NCBI GenBank assembly: GCA_046290465.1
Contig: JBKAGP010000001.1
Span: 832,001-896,000 of the forward strand
Length of the DNA: 64,000 bases
DNA from: Planctomycetota bacterium
GTDB lineage: Bacteria; Planctomycetota; UBA1135; UBA2386
Direction: 5' to 3'
The translations under genes were made by a program, and so were the position numbers. Under the pieces are notes generated by a model, which had not been told where the DNA came from, made no database searches, and saw only the letters and a program-made list of their open reading frames with translations. Below, one piece after another: positions 8,529-18,685 of this stretch. Each line of letters begins with the position of its first letter. The stretch's first letter is position 1.

Positions 8529-10850
8529 CTACAAACCCGCGTACGACGACGGCAGGCAGTAGTACCACTTGTTCCAGCGGTCGTTCTCGTTGACGTTGCC
8601 GCGCAGCATGCCGCCGTAGGTCAGCGCCTTGGAGCGCACCGCTGGATCGTCGGTCATGTCGGCCAGCAGGTGCAGGCTCGCCAGCAAGAACGTGTGCGCG
8701 CCGCCGAGCGGCGAGTCGCCGAAGTGCGCCCCGACCGACAGCCCGTCCCAGTGGTTGGCGGGCACCGGCGTGCCGTTGTGCGACGCCGGCACGTAGTAGC
8801 GCAGGCCGTTGGTGACGAACCCGAACGTCGGATGGTTCATGTTGGTCACCCACGAGTATTCGACCGTCGTCGCGACGTCTTCGGCGATGTCCATCAGCAC
8901 CGGCTCCCCGAAGCTGCGGTAGGCACCGAGGAAGCCGTAGAGCACCGCGCCGTGCTGCCACGGCATGAAGAACTCGTGGTTGAGCGGGTACTGCGTCGTC
9001 GCGTAGTTCTGCTGGAACATCAGCGCCCGGCTCGGGTGGTTCTTCTTGCGCTGCGTGTCGACGATCTCGTTGACGCGCCGCATCGCGTAGTCCTTGATCG
9101 ACTCGTCCTGGGTCGCCTGGTAGACCTGCGCGAAGCCCTGCATGCACCAGCCTTCGGCGCGCGCCGGCTGGATCCCCTGCGTGTAGTAGTAGGTCAGCCG
9201 CATCAGGCCCTTCAGGCTCTGGCCGAGCTGGCGCAGCTCCTCCTTGGCCCAGGCGTCGCCGCTCATCGTCCAGTAGTCGAACAGCAGGTCGGTCGACCAG
9301 TGCTCGTGGTCGAAGTGCTGCCAGCCGTGCGCCTTCGGCTGGCCGTCGCTGAGGCTGCGGTAGGCAGGGTACGGGTCGCTGTCGCGCAGGACCTTGCGGC
9401 CGAGGTGCTCGCCCGGCAGGTTCAGGTACGGGATGCCGTCCCACAGCAGGATCTGCTGCTCGGCGCCGACCTCGAGGCCGTAGAGGTGGTACGGACGCAT
9501 CGCCTGCGCCCACGCCATCTGCTCGAGCTTCTCGACCAGGCGGTGGTGCTGCCCCTGGATCGCGTGCGCCATCTCGGGACTCAGCGGATGGTTGCGCGGC
9601 GTGCCGGTGGTCGCGGTGACCAGCGGGTCGCTGCGATAGCCCCAGGTGCCGAACCAGTTGGTGCCGTTCCAGCTGCCGTACTCGTTGGCGGCGCGCTGGC
9701 CGGCGTTCGACGGGCCGGGCATCGGCCCACCGACCAGGCCGGCCGCGCCGGTCTCCTCCCAGGCACGCTGCGTCGCCAGCGCGAACAGCGGCTTCTGGAT
9801 CATCGCATCGGCGGTATTGCGCCAACGGTCCTTGTCGGCCTGCGACGCACCGCTCGGCTCGAAGCGCAGCAAGAACCGGTAGCGGCGCGTCTGCGCGTCG
9901 CTGAGGTACGTGTTCTGCATCACGCGGAAGCCGTCGAAGCCGCCGCTCAGCGAGGTCGCGTTCTGGATGTTCTCGCTGCTGGCGCGATACGGGATGCACT
10001 CCGCCGCCCCCTTGCACAGGAAGTAGGCGCCGCGCACGTCCGCGTCGCCGAGCGCGCGCAGGTTGGGGTCGGGGTTGGCGCCCGGGTTGTCGGCGCCGAG
10101 GTAGTCGTTGCCGAGCACCCAGTCGACGACCACGAACGGCATGTCGCGGAACTCGGTGACGTAGTAGGTCGAGGTCAGGTAGTCGCGCCCGATGCCCGGA
10201 CCGCTGACAGCCTCGTGGTAGGTGCGATAACGACGGGTCTCGACCAGCGACGACGTCTGCAGCAGCTCCCCCGCGCCGGTCGCGAAGCTGCGGTACGGCA
10301 CCTGGAACGTGTCGCGCACCTCGGCCCCGAACTCGTACGTGCCGGCAAACTGCGACACCCAGCCGTTGCGTTCGAACGCGCCGGTCAGCGCGGTCTCGTC
10401 GCGCGCGACGACGTACTGCTTGCTCTCACCCGCCTCGAGTTCGTCGGTGAACTGCGCCTGCGCCACCTTGACGCGGCCGTCCGGCCAGAACTGCAGCGGC
10501 ATCCACGCCGTCTGGTGGCCGCTGACCACCATGTTGTCCAGGTCCCCCGGCTGGTAGCCGCCCTGCGGGAACGGCACCGACGCGCGGATCGTCTCGGTGC
10601 GCGCCTTGCTCGCATCGTTGTCGACCGAGAAGTCCAGCACGACCTCCAGCGGGTTGCCGGTGCCGCCAGGACCACCCGGCCCACCGCCGCTGCCGGGATC
10701 CCCGCCACCGCCGCCGCTGCCGTCGGGGTTGCCGGTGCCCCCGGTTTCGTCGCTGCCGGCCCCACATGCTGCCAGTGCTAGAAGGGTGCAGACGGCCATG
10801 CGTCGCGCAAGGCCGCTGCCATGACGATGAGGATGCTTGGTGCAGGTCAT
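8529..10850 (-). CDS. Large lipoprotein, possibly exo-rhamnogalacturonan lyase (PcRGLX/YetA)-like
   Basis: LAAC lipobox, Gly/Pro linker, SVPFPQG...WPDGRVK N-terminal motif, alpha-helical aromatic-rich C-terminal toroid (ARAEGW, PWQHGAV). The start may be the ATG near 10799. Confidence 0.6.
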   Translation of the reverse strand: MTCTKHPHRHGSGLARRMAVCTLLALAACGAGSDETGGTGNPDGSGGGGGDPGSGGGPGGPGGTGNPLEVVLDFSVDNDASKARTETIRASVPFPQGGYQPGDLDNMVVSGHQTAWMPLQFWPDGRVKVAQAQFTDELEAGESKQYVVARDETALTGAFERNGWVSQFAGTYEFGAEVRDTFQVPYRSFATGAGELLQTSSLVETRRYRTYHEAVSGPGIGRDYLTSTYYVTEFRDMPFVVVDWVLGNDYLGADNPGANPDPNLRALGDADVRGAYFLCKGAAECIPYRASSENIQNATSLSGGFDGFRVMQNTYLSDAQTRRYRFLLRFEPSGASQADKDRWRNTADAMIQKPLFALATQRAWEETGAAGLVGGPMPGPSNAGQRAANEYGSWNGTNWFGTWGYRSDPLVTATTGTPRNHPLSPEMAHAIQGQHHRLVEKLEQMAWAQAMRPYHLYGLEVGAEQQILLWDGIPYLNLPGEHLGRKVLRDSDPYPAYRSLSDGQPKAHGWQHFDHEHWSTDLLFDYWTMSGDAWAKEELRQLGQSLKGLMRLTYYYTQGIQPARAEGWCMQGFAQVYQATQDESIKDYAMRRVNEIVDTQRKKNHPSRALMFQQNYATTQYPLNHEFFMPWQHGAVLYGFLGAYRSFGEPVLMDIAEDVATTVEYSWVTNMNHPTFGFVTNGLRYYVPASHNGTPVPANHWDGLSVGAHFGDSPLGGAHTFLLASLHLLADMTDDPAVRSKALTYGGMLRGNVNENDRWNKWYYCLPSSYAGL

Positions 10851-11012
10851 GGTGTGCGAGGCAACGGCCCCCCTACGCAGGAGAACTCGTTGTCGGTCCG
10901 GGAGATCGACGCGGAATGACGGTGTCTGGAGTCGAGACCCTCACGGGATCCCGTTGTGGGGCATCCGGGCTTGGATGGCCCGGTTGCCGCGGCTACGGTG
11001 CGTGCCCCACCG

Positions 11013-11100
11013 GCGAGAGTGGCGGAATTGGCAGACGCACGGGTTTTAGGTGCCCGCGAGCTACTGGCTCATCGGGGTTCGAGTCCCCGCTCTCGCACCA
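11013..11100 (+). tRNA. tRNA-Leu (TAG)
   Basis: Acceptor stem GCGAGAG/CTCTCGC followed by ACCA; D-arm TGGCGGAATTGGCAGACGC; anticodon loop ttTAGgt; long variable arm; GTTCGAGTC T-loop. Confidence 0.97.
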
Positions 11101-11373
11101 CTTACGCGTGGTTCAGGCGCGACGACGAGGCTTCTTGCAGGCTTGGATCGAGGTGGGTCCGCCAGCGAAACGAGGCGAGCAGCTGGCGCCGCCTCTAGGC
11201 GACCGGCTGCCCGAGGTAACGCGGAACGTGCATTGCCATCGGTGTCGGCCATCCGTCGCGAGGCGTCGAACGGCCGTCGCGCAAATGACCCTGCGACCTT
11301 GTGGATTCCCCACCCGTTCCGTCCTAGGCTCGCGCATCTTCCTTCAACCGAAGCCCTTTCGAGAAACGAACGA

Positions 11374-11616
11374 ATGACCCACGTCATCGCGGAACCCTGC
11401 GTCAACGTCAAGGACAAGGCCTGTGTGGACGTCTGCCCGGTGGACTGCATCCACGGCGGAGACGACGACCCGCAGCTCTACATCAACCCGGCCGACTGCA
11501 TCGACTGCACCCTGTGCGTCGACGCGTGCCCGGTGACGGCGATCTTCGCGGAAGAGGATCTGCCCGAGCAGTGGAACGCGTTCACCAAGACGAACGCCGA
11601 CTACTTCGCGAGCTAG
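11374..11616 (+). CDS. fdxA: Dicluster (7Fe/8Fe) ferredoxin, FdxA type
   Basis: MTHVIAEPC...CVDVCPVDCI...YINPADCIDCTLCVDACPVTAIF. Confidence 0.9.
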   Translation: MTHVIAEPCVNVKDKACVDVCPVDCIHGGDDDPQLYINPADCIDCTLCVDACPVTAIFAEEDLPEQWNAFTKTNADYFAS

Positions 11617-11623
11617 GCCCGCG

Positions 11624-12631
11624 TTGGACCGCTACAGCCGGCAGGCCCGCGTCCCCGGCGTCGGCGCCGCCGGCATCGACAAGCTGCGGACCAGCTGCGT
11701 GCTGGTCGTCGGATGCGGCGCCCTGGGCACCCACCTCGCAGACGCGCTGACGCGCGCCGGGGTCGGGACCCTGCACCTGGTCGACCGGGACATCGTCGAG
11801 TGGAGCAACCTGCAGCGGCAGGTCCTGTTCGACGAACGCGACGCCGAGCTGGGTCTGCCGAAGGCGATCGCGGCCAGGGACCGCCTGCGCGCCGTCAACC
11901 GCGACGTGCGCATCGAGGGCCACGTCGCCGATTGCTCGGTGCGCTTCCTCGACGACCTGCCGCAGCGGCCCGATCTGGTGCTCGACGGCACCGACAACTT
12001 CCCGACCCGCTACCTGATCAACGACTGGTGCCGCGAGCATCGGCTGCCGTGGATCTACGCCGGCGCGGTCGGCACCGAGGGCGCCAGCATGGTCGTCACC
12101 CCCGACGGCGCGTGCCTGAGGTGCCTGTGGCCCGAGCCGCCCGCGCAGGCCGACGTCGGCAACTGCGAGACCAGCGGCATCCTGGCGCCCGCGATCGCAT
12201 CGGTCACCGCGTTCCAGGCGGCCGAAGCGCTCAAGCTGCTGCTCGGCGAGCCGCCGACCCGCGGCGTCTATACGTGCGACGTCTGGCGCGGCAGCTACCA
12301 GGTGCTGCCGGTCGCCGACCGCGCCGCGCCGGACTGCGTCGTCTGCGCCCACGGCGAACGTCCGGCGCTGCGCGGGGACGCCGTCGAGGCGGTCAGCCTG
12401 TGCGGTCGCAACGCGGTGCAGGTGCAGCCGCCGGACGCCGCGCCGATCGATCTCGACGCGCTCGCCGGCAAGCTCGGCGGTGTGGTCGAGCAGCTGGTGC
12501 GCACCCCGCACCTGCTGCGCTTCGCGTGCGACGGCGTGCGCTTCACGGTGTTCCCCGGCGGCCGCGCGCTGCTGTTCGGCGTGACCGATCCGCTGCGCGC
12601 ACGCGCGCTGTACGATCGCTGGCTGCGATGA
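11624..12631 (+). CDS. ThiF/MoeB family adenylyltransferase
   Basis: RYSRQ, VGCGALG, DRDIVEWSNLQRQ, DGTDNFPTRYLIND, CLRC/CVVC Zn sites, C-terminal LCGRNAVQ extension. Confidence 0.92.
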   Translation: MDRYSRQARVPGVGAAGIDKLRTSCVLVVGCGALGTHLADALTRAGVGTLHLVDRDIVEWSNLQRQVLFDERDAELGLPKAIAARDRLRAVNRDVRIEGHVADCSVRFLDDLPQRPDLVLDGTDNFPTRYLINDWCREHRLPWIYAGAVGTEGASMVVTPDGACLRCLWPEPPAQADVGNCETSGILAPAIASVTAFQAAEALKLLLGEPPTRGVYTCDVWRGSYQVLPVADRAAPDCVVCAHGERPALRGDAVEAVSLCGRNAVQVQPPDAAPIDLDALAGKLGGVVEQLVRTPHLLRFACDGVRFTVFPGGRALLFGVTDPLRARALYDRWLR

Positions 12632-13725
12632 TCTACCTCGACCACGCCGCCACCAGCTTCCCCAAGCCGCCTGCCGTGGTCGCCGCGGTGCAGCATTGGC
12701 TGACCGAAGTGGGTGTCAGCCCCGACCGCGGCGAGGGGCCGAGCACGCGCGAGAGCGCCGCCGTGGTGCAGCGCTGCCGCGAGGGCATCGCCAGGCGCAC
12801 CGGCCACCGCCCCGAGCGGGTCGCGTTCTGTTCGGGCGCGACCGAAGGGCTCAACCTGGTGCTGCGCGCCCTGGTGAAGCCCGGCGCACGCGTGCTGACG
12901 ACCTGGTGGGAGCACTCCTCGGTGGTGCGGCCGCTGACCGCGCTGCAGCAGGAGCGCGGCGCGAGCATCGAACGCGTCGCGACGGCCGACGAGCTGTGCG
13001 AGCGGATCCGCAGCGAGCCGCCGGACCTGGTCGTGTTCTCGCACGCGAGCAACGTGACCGGCATGGTCACGCCGGCCAGCACGGTCTGCCTGACCGCGCG
13101 CAACCACGGCGTGCCGGTGGTGCTCGACGCCAGCCAGACCGCCGGCTACCGGCAGCTCGACGAGGGCGCCGACTGCGTCGTCGCCAGCGCCCACAAGGGC
13201 CTGCACGCGCCGCCCGGCCTCGGCTTCGTCAGCGTCGACGAACGGCTCGAACTCGCCCCGCAGAAGCAGGGCGGCACCGGCTCGAGCGTCGCGCTCGACC
13301 GCCACCCCACCGATTGGCCGCAGGCGTTCGAGGCCGGCACGCCCAACATGCCGGCGCTGTTCGGCCTGGCGGCGGCCCTGACCTGGCTCGAACAGCAGGA
13401 GCAGCGCGGCCAGATGCTGTGGGCGGGCGAGCGGATCGGCGAGCTGGTGGCAGGTCTGAGGGGCCTGCCCGGGATCCGCGTGGTCGGCCAGCCGCGCGGC
13501 AACTCCACGCCGGTGCTGTCGCTGGTGCACGAGTCGTACGATCCGCTCGAGCTCGGCTCGATCCTGGCCGGCGCCGGCATCCACGTGCGCGCCGGCTACC
13601 ACTGTGCCCCCTGGGCCCACGAACGGCTGGGCACCGCGGCGACCGGCACGCTGCGCATCTCGGCCGGTCCGTCGACCCGCTCGACCGAGATCGACGCCGT
13701 GCTCGACGTGCTGCGAACGCTCTGA
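12628..13725 (+). CDS. Cysteine desulfurase family (class V aminotransferase)
   Basis: ATGA overlap with the upstream gene; IYLDHAATSFPKP, HASNVTG, DASQTAG, SAHKGL (PLP Lys), RAGYHCAP catalytic Cys. Confidence 0.92.
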   Translation: MIYLDHAATSFPKPPAVVAAVQHWLTEVGVSPDRGEGPSTRESAAVVQRCREGIARRTGHRPERVAFCSGATEGLNLVLRALVKPGARVLTTWWEHSSVVRPLTALQQERGASIERVATADELCERIRSEPPDLVVFSHASNVTGMVTPASTVCLTARNHGVPVVLDASQTAGYRQLDEGADCVVASAHKGLHAPPGLGFVSVDERLELAPQKQGGTGSSVALDRHPTDWPQAFEAGTPNMPALFGLAAALTWLEQQEQRGQMLWAGERIGELVAGLRGLPGIRVVGQPRGNSTPVLSLVHESYDPLELGSILAGAGIHVRAGYHCAPWAHERLGTAATGTLRISAGPSTRSTEIDAVLDVLRTL

Positions 13726-13754
13726 GCCAGGCGGCCAGCGCCGCCTTCCCTCCG

Positions 13755-16700
13755 TCACTGGACCGTGACCGGGATCTGCAGTTCGGTGCGGTTGCCCGCC
13801 CGGTCGAGCACGACCAGCGTCAGCTGGCCCGACGCCGCAAGCCCCGGGTGCTCGAGCTTCCAGGTGCCCTGCTTGGCGACCCCACCACCGGGCGAAAGCC
13901 GGGCCCGCTGTTCGCCGATCGTGGTGCCCCTGCGCTTGAGGCCCCCGTCGTCGACCCAGGTGCCTTCGATCGTGAATGGCTGGCCGCGCACCGCCGTGAC
14001 CGGACCCGAGACCTCGACCTTGGGCGGCTCGGTGTCGAGCCAGCCGATGAACGGGAACGCCCCCGCCTCACCCGCGTCGTTGGCGACGACCAGCGAGATC
14101 CTCGTCGACTTGCACTGCTCGGGCAGCGCCGGGGCGATCGAGAACAACCCGTCGCCGTCGCGCGGCAGCACCACGCCGTTGGCCATCACCCGCGCGTTGG
14201 CGTCGTCGCTGTCGACACGAAGCCTGCTGTCGGCACTGAAGAACGCCTGGCGGTCCTTGCGCACCGGCCGTTCGCTGCCGTCGCCGGCGACGACCACCAG
14301 CCCTCGCAGCAGAGGCTTCTGCATCGACGCAGAACGCGTGATCGACAGCGTGCGCGCGGCGGTCCGGCCGAAGCAGTTGGTCGCGCGCAGCACGACCTCG
14401 TTGCCGCCCGCGTCCAGCGGCACCCGGCCGCCGAACGTGCGCGTGTTGGCGTCGCGCGACAGCGGCGTCTCGACGCCGCCGCGCACCGCGACCACCCGGT
14501 CGGTCCACAGATCGCAGCGCACCCGCACGGCGTAGGCGTCACCGGTCACCCGGTCCTCGGCCCGCGTCTCGCCGACCAGCTCGAGCTGCGGATCGCCGAC
14601 CCGCGTCACCTCGAGCGTCTGCGTGACCGGCTGGTGGAAGCGGCGCTCGAACTGGACCACCAGCTGGTTCCGTCCCGGCGCCACCGGCAGCGTGACGACG
14701 GCATCGCGCCCCTGCCAGTCGACGCCCTCGACCAGTTCGCCATTGACGCGCAGCCGTTCGGCCTTCGGGGCGACGCGCGCGCTCAGCTGCACGGTCGCAG
14801 CGTCGGTGCCCCACACGCCGCCGCGCCGTTCGGCGACGTCGGTCAGCGTGCAGCCGTCCTCGAAGCTCAGCTCGCCGAGGCGGCGCGTGACCACCACGGT
14901 GCGGTTGCCCTGGCGGCCGCGGCCGGACCACTGCAGCCGGATCGGCGACGGGCTCTCCAGATCGGACCGCACCGGATGCACGTAGCGGGCCGCGTCGCGC
15001 TCGACCTTGCGGCCGTCGATGACCAGGCTGCAGTCGAGCGGCAGCGTCACCACCAGCTCGGCGCCCGCATCGCCGACCAGCTCGACCCGGGCCGGCTCGA
15101 CCGACAGCGTCGGCGCGCCCGATGGAGCCGGCGCGGCCGGGTTGCCAGCCGGGTTATTCGTCTGGTTCGCCGGCTGGGTCTCCGGCTCGATGGCGACCGG
15201 CGACTTCGGCTGCTCGCCGACCTCGTTCGCCGTCCCCTCGTAGAGCACGGTCCAGTCCCGCAGCGTCACCACGTAGCCGCCCGCGAGCGTCGCGCGCACC
15301 GGCACCGTGGCACGTCCCTGCAGGTTGCGCGTCCCCGCGAACGTGCCGTCGTCGCCCAGCTCGACCGCCTCCCCGTCGATCGACAGCGCCGTGACCATCG
15401 CCGACGCCAGCCGGCCGCGGAAGCGCACCGGCGCGCCGGCGGCCACCGGCACCTCGCCGGGAGCGCGGCGCACCAGCTGCGCATCGATCGCCATCGCGGC
15501 CTTGGCGAGCGCCGCGCGCCGCAGGCTGCCCGCATCGTCCGAGTTCGCCAACGACTCGCTCTTGTCTACCTGCGCGAGCGCGCCGCGGAAGTCGCCGTCC
15601 GACAGCAGCTGGCGCGCCCAGGCGAGGTGCAGCGCCGCCAGCCGCTGGTCTTTGCCGGGCAGCAGCGGGCGGCCGGCGAACACCCGCTGGGTCTCCCGCT
15701 CGGCATCGGCGAAGCGCCGTTCGCGCAGCATCGCGTCGGCGACGGCGAACGGCGAGCCGTCGGTCGCTGCATCGCGCCACGGTTGCCAGAGCCACAGCGC
15801 CACCGCGGCCGCGGCGACGACCAGCGACCCGACCAGCAGCGACCCGGCCGGCCGCCCGCCACTGCCGCCCTTTCTGGGCTGCGGCTGCGGCTTGCCACCG
15901 CCACCCCGGCGCGACGCCGGCGACACCATCGTCTGGCCTTCGTCCTCGCCGGCGACGCCCTGCGCCTGTTCGTCGAGCCAGAACTTGATCTTGGCCAGCG
16001 TCTTGGCCGGCGGTGGGGACAGCAGCGTCTGGTGCTCCTCACCTTCCTCGACCGCACCGAGGTCGCGCAGCGACTCGCGGCGCGTCTCGAGACGCTGGAT
16101 CGCGTCGGCCATCTCGCGGGCATCGGCGAAGCGGTCGGCGGGGTCCTTGGCGGTGGCCCGTTCGATCAGGCCGGCGACGTCGTCGGGCACGTCCGGCCGC
16201 TGCTCGCGAACGTCCGGGAACGGCTGCAGCACGATCCGCTGCATGATGCGCGGCAGCGAGTCCTTGGCGATCGCCTCGCCGCCGACGAGCAGGTAGTAGA
16301 GCGTCGCGCCAAGCGCCCAGACGTCGGCGGCCGGCGTCACCGTCGCGGTGTTCTCCCACTGCTCGGGCGGCATGTACTGCGGCGTGCCCATCACCACGTT
16401 GGTGCCCGACAGCATCGACATCTGGCCCGAACCCGACGGCTTGGCGAGGCCGAGGTCGGCGACCTTGACGGCGCCGCTCTGGCAGATCATCAGGTTGTCC
16501 GGCTTGATGTCGCGGTGGATGAAGCCCTTGCTGTGCGCTTCGCCGAGGCCCTGTGCGGCGCCGTGCAGGATCTCGAGCGCCTCGCCGACCTTGAGGCTGC
16601 CCTTGCGCTGCACGCGCTGGCGGGCGGTCTCGCCCTGCACCAGCTCCATCACGATGTAGTGCAGGCCGCCGTCCTCCGAGACGTCGAAGACCCGCACGAC

Positions 16701-17012
16701 GTTCTGGTGGTTGATGCGCGCCGCGGAGCGGGCCTCGCGCTTGAAGCGCACCACGAACTGCTCGTCCTCGCCGGTCAGGTCCGGTTTGAGGCACTTGACG
16801 GCGACGTCGATGTCGAGGTTGAGGTGGCGGCCGCGGTAGACCGCGCCCATGCCGCCCTGACCGATCTTGCCGTAGAGCACGCAGGGCGGAAGGACCTTGT
16901 AGCCTTCGACCTCCTGCACACGTTCGAGGTTGGAGTCGCTTTGCAGCATCGGGGACTTCGGGGCGCCGGCGGGACGGCCGGCCAACAGGGTCTTCGACTC
17001 GGTCTGGTCCAT
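13755..17012 (-). CDS. Membrane Ser/Thr protein kinase with an extracellular TPR-like segment and Ig-like repeats
   Basis: IGQGGMGAVY, VAVK, HRDIKPDN, DLGLA, GTPQYMPPEQ; TM segment LLVGSLVVAAAAVALWLW; C-terminal DTEPP...DRAGN Ig-like motifs. Confidence 0.92.
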   Translation of the reverse strand: MDQTESKTLLAGRPAGAPKSPMLQSDSNLERVQEVEGYKVLPPCVLYGKIGQGGMGAVYRGRHLNLDIDVAVKCLKPDLTGEDEQFVVRFKREARSAARINHQNVVRVFDVSEDGGLHYIVMELVQGETARQRVQRKGSLKVGEALEILHGAAQGLGEAHSKGFIHRDIKPDNLMICQSGAVKVADLGLAKPSGSGQMSMLSGTNVVMGTPQYMPPEQWENTATVTPAADVWALGATLYYLLVGGEAIAKDSLPRIMQRIVLQPFPDVREQRPDVPDDVAGLIERATAKDPADRFADAREMADAIQRLETRRESLRDLGAVEEGEEHQTLLSPPPAKTLAKIKFWLDEQAQGVAGEDEGQTMVSPASRRGGGGKPQPQPRKGGSGGRPAGSLLVGSLVVAAAAVALWLWQPWRDAATDGSPFAVADAMLRERRFADAERETQRVFAGRPLLPGKDQRLAALHLAWARQLLSDGDFRGALAQVDKSESLANSDDAGSLRRAALAKAAMAIDAQLVRRAPGEVPVAAGAPVRFRGRLASAMVTALSIDGEAVELGDDGTFAGTRNLQGRATVPVRATLAGGYVVTLRDWTVLYEGTANEVGEQPKSPVAIEPETQPANQTNNPAGNPAAPAPSGAPTLSVEPARVELVGDAGAELVVTLPLDCSLVIDGRKVERDAARYVHPVRSDLESPSPIRLQWSGRGRQGNRTVVVTRRLGELSFEDGCTLTDVAERRGGVWGTDAATVQLSARVAPKAERLRVNGELVEGVDWQGRDAVVTLPVAPGRNQLVVQFERRFHQPVTQTLEVTRVGDPQLELVGETRAEDRVTGDAYAVRVRCDLWTDRVVAVRGGVETPLSRDANTRTFGGRVPLDAGGNEVVLRATNCFGRTAARTLSITRSASMQKPLLRGLVVVAGDGSERPVRKDRQAFFSADSRLRVDSDDANARVMANGVVLPRDGDGLFSIAPALPEQCKSTRISLVVANDAGEAGAFPFIGWLDTEPPKVEVSGPVTAVRGQPFTIEGTWVDDGGLKRRGTTIGEQRARLSPGGGVAKQGTWKLEHPGLAASGQLTLVVLDRAGNRTELQIPVTVQ

Positions 17013-17149
17013 CGTCTGAGGCAACCCGACAACGGACCTGCGGCGCGGCTGTTGCACCGCGCCGGGCATCTCTCTCGAGCATGCTCACCGGGCCCGTGAC
17101 GCCGCGCAAGCGAGCGGGCGCGCAAACGGCGGCAGCAGCGGCCGCTCGG

Positions 17150-18685
17150 TCAGCGCAGCCGGTATTCAGACGGCACCGGCCCGACCGGCCGGTCGAGGAA
17201 CTCGTACAGCTCGACCGCGATCTCGAAGAAGCCGTCGTCGCGGTCGAGACCGGTCGGGAAGTAGCGCAGGTGGGTCTTGATCTGCGGCCGGTACTTGCCG
17301 CCGCCCGGCTTGCTACCGACCAGCATCAGGTCGCGGATCAGCTCCCGTTCTGCCCGCCACGGCGCGATCCCGGGGTGCGTGCCCCACCGCCACAGCCGCA
17401 GCTCCAGTTCCTCGCGCACCGTGCGACGCGAGGCGCGCCCGTCCGCGACCAGGCCCGCCAGTTCCGCCAGCCGCGGGTCCGCCGGCACCCCGACGCGCGG
17501 GTAGCCGCCGCCGCTGGCCCAGACCACGAACGACCACTCCGGCACGCCTTCGAGGCCGACCCGGATCGGCCGCTCGACCCGCTGCAGACACAGCCGCAGC
17601 GCCAGCGCCACGGCGACGTCGGTGCGGATCCGTTCGTCGGCGCCCCAGACCTCGCGCTGCCGGACCACCTCGTCGATCGGCATCCACAGCGCGTAGGCGA
17701 CCCCGAGCCGCGCCGGCCGTTCGTCGAGCGCCGGCGGCGTCGGCTTCAGCCACTTGCGCAACACCGGCCGGCTCGCCGACTGGCTCGCGGCCAGGTGCAG
17801 CATGCGCCAGTCGAGCGGCGGCGAACCGGCGTCGAGCCGGCCGGCGCGCGCCAGCAGCAGCATCGCGGCCTCGCGCTCGTCGAACTGCCGCGCGTCGGTG
17901 ACCCGCAGCAGATCGCGCGCCGGCTGCAGCAGCGTCGGCTCGGTGCCGTCGAGGCCGAGCCGCCAGCCCTCGCCGAGCAAGGCGCCGCGCTGGAACAGGC
18001 CCGAGTGGCGGTCGCTCCGCCGCCACTGCCGGGCCTGCGACGTCGACGCGATCGGCATGCCGGCGAATGCCGCGGCGGCCAGCAGCCCGGGATCGTTCGA
18101 TTCGAGCCGGCCGACGCCGCGGGCCGCGCGCGGGTAGCGCGCCGCGGCCAGCCGCACCGCCAGATCGAGCAGGTCCTCGGGCTCCTTGTTGGGCCCGAGG
18201 AAGCGCTGCACGAAGTCCTCCATCGGCCGGCTGCGATGCGGACCGAGGGCGACCAGCAGGGCCGCCATGGTGCGTTCCTGGAACAACGGCTTCTGTTGGT
18301 CCAGCAATGAGAACAGCCGCTCGTCCTCGGCAGGCCCGCCGGCCACCACTGCCGCGATCAACAACACCAGCCGCCGATCGACGCTCGAGCGCTCCGCCGC
18401 GAACATCTGCCACAGCAGCGGTACCACCGGCCGCCCGAGGTCGCGCGCGAGCTGCCAGCCGACGCTCAGATCGCGGCTCGGCTGGTCCAGCAGCAGCTGC
18501 CGGAACCGCTGGGTGTAGGCCCGATGGCTCGCATCGATCCACGGATCGTCCGAGCCGCGGGCTTGTCCCGATGCAGGTTGAGCCAGCGCCAGGGCCCAAC
18601 CGATAAGCCCGACCGAAGCGAACCGCCGCCACCCCGCCCCAGAAGGGCCGGGCCGATCGGCGAACCGCTTGGTGTGATCACGCAT
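17150..18685 (-). CDS. Hypothetical secreted alpha-helical protein
   Basis: Signal peptide WRRFASVGLIGWALALAQPASGQ; Leu/Arg/Ala-rich helical body. Start uncertain (ATG 18685 chosen). Confidence 0.65.
   Translation of the reverse strand: MRDHTKRFADRPGPSGAGWRRFASVGLIGWALALAQPASGQARGSDDPWIDASHRAYTQRFRQLLLDQPSRDLSVGWQLARDLGRPVVPLLWQMFAAERSSVDRRLVLLIAAVVAGGPAEDERLFSLLDQQKPLFQERTMAALLVALGPHRSRPMEDFVQRFLGPNKEPEDLLDLAVRLAAARYPRAARGVGRLESNDPGLLAAAAFAGMPIASTSQARQWRRSDRHSGLFQRGALLGEGWRLGLDGTEPTLLQPARDLLRVTDARQFDEREAAMLLLARAGRLDAGSPPLDWRMLHLAASQSASRPVLRKWLKPTPPALDERPARLGVAYALWMPIDEVVRQREVWGADERIRTDVAVALALRLCLQRVERPIRVGLEGVPEWSFVVWASGGGYPRVGVPADPRLAELAGLVADGRASRRTVREELELRLWRWGTHPGIAPWRAERELIRDLMLVGSKPGGGKYRPQIKTHLRYFPTGLDRDDGFFEIAVELYEFLDRPVGPVPSEYRLR

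Noticed and set aside
11101..11370. Small ORFs between tRNA-Leu and ferredoxin
   Set aside because: No recognisable motif and atypical codon usage; more likely promoter/leader sequence (TAGGCT -10-like box near 11325).
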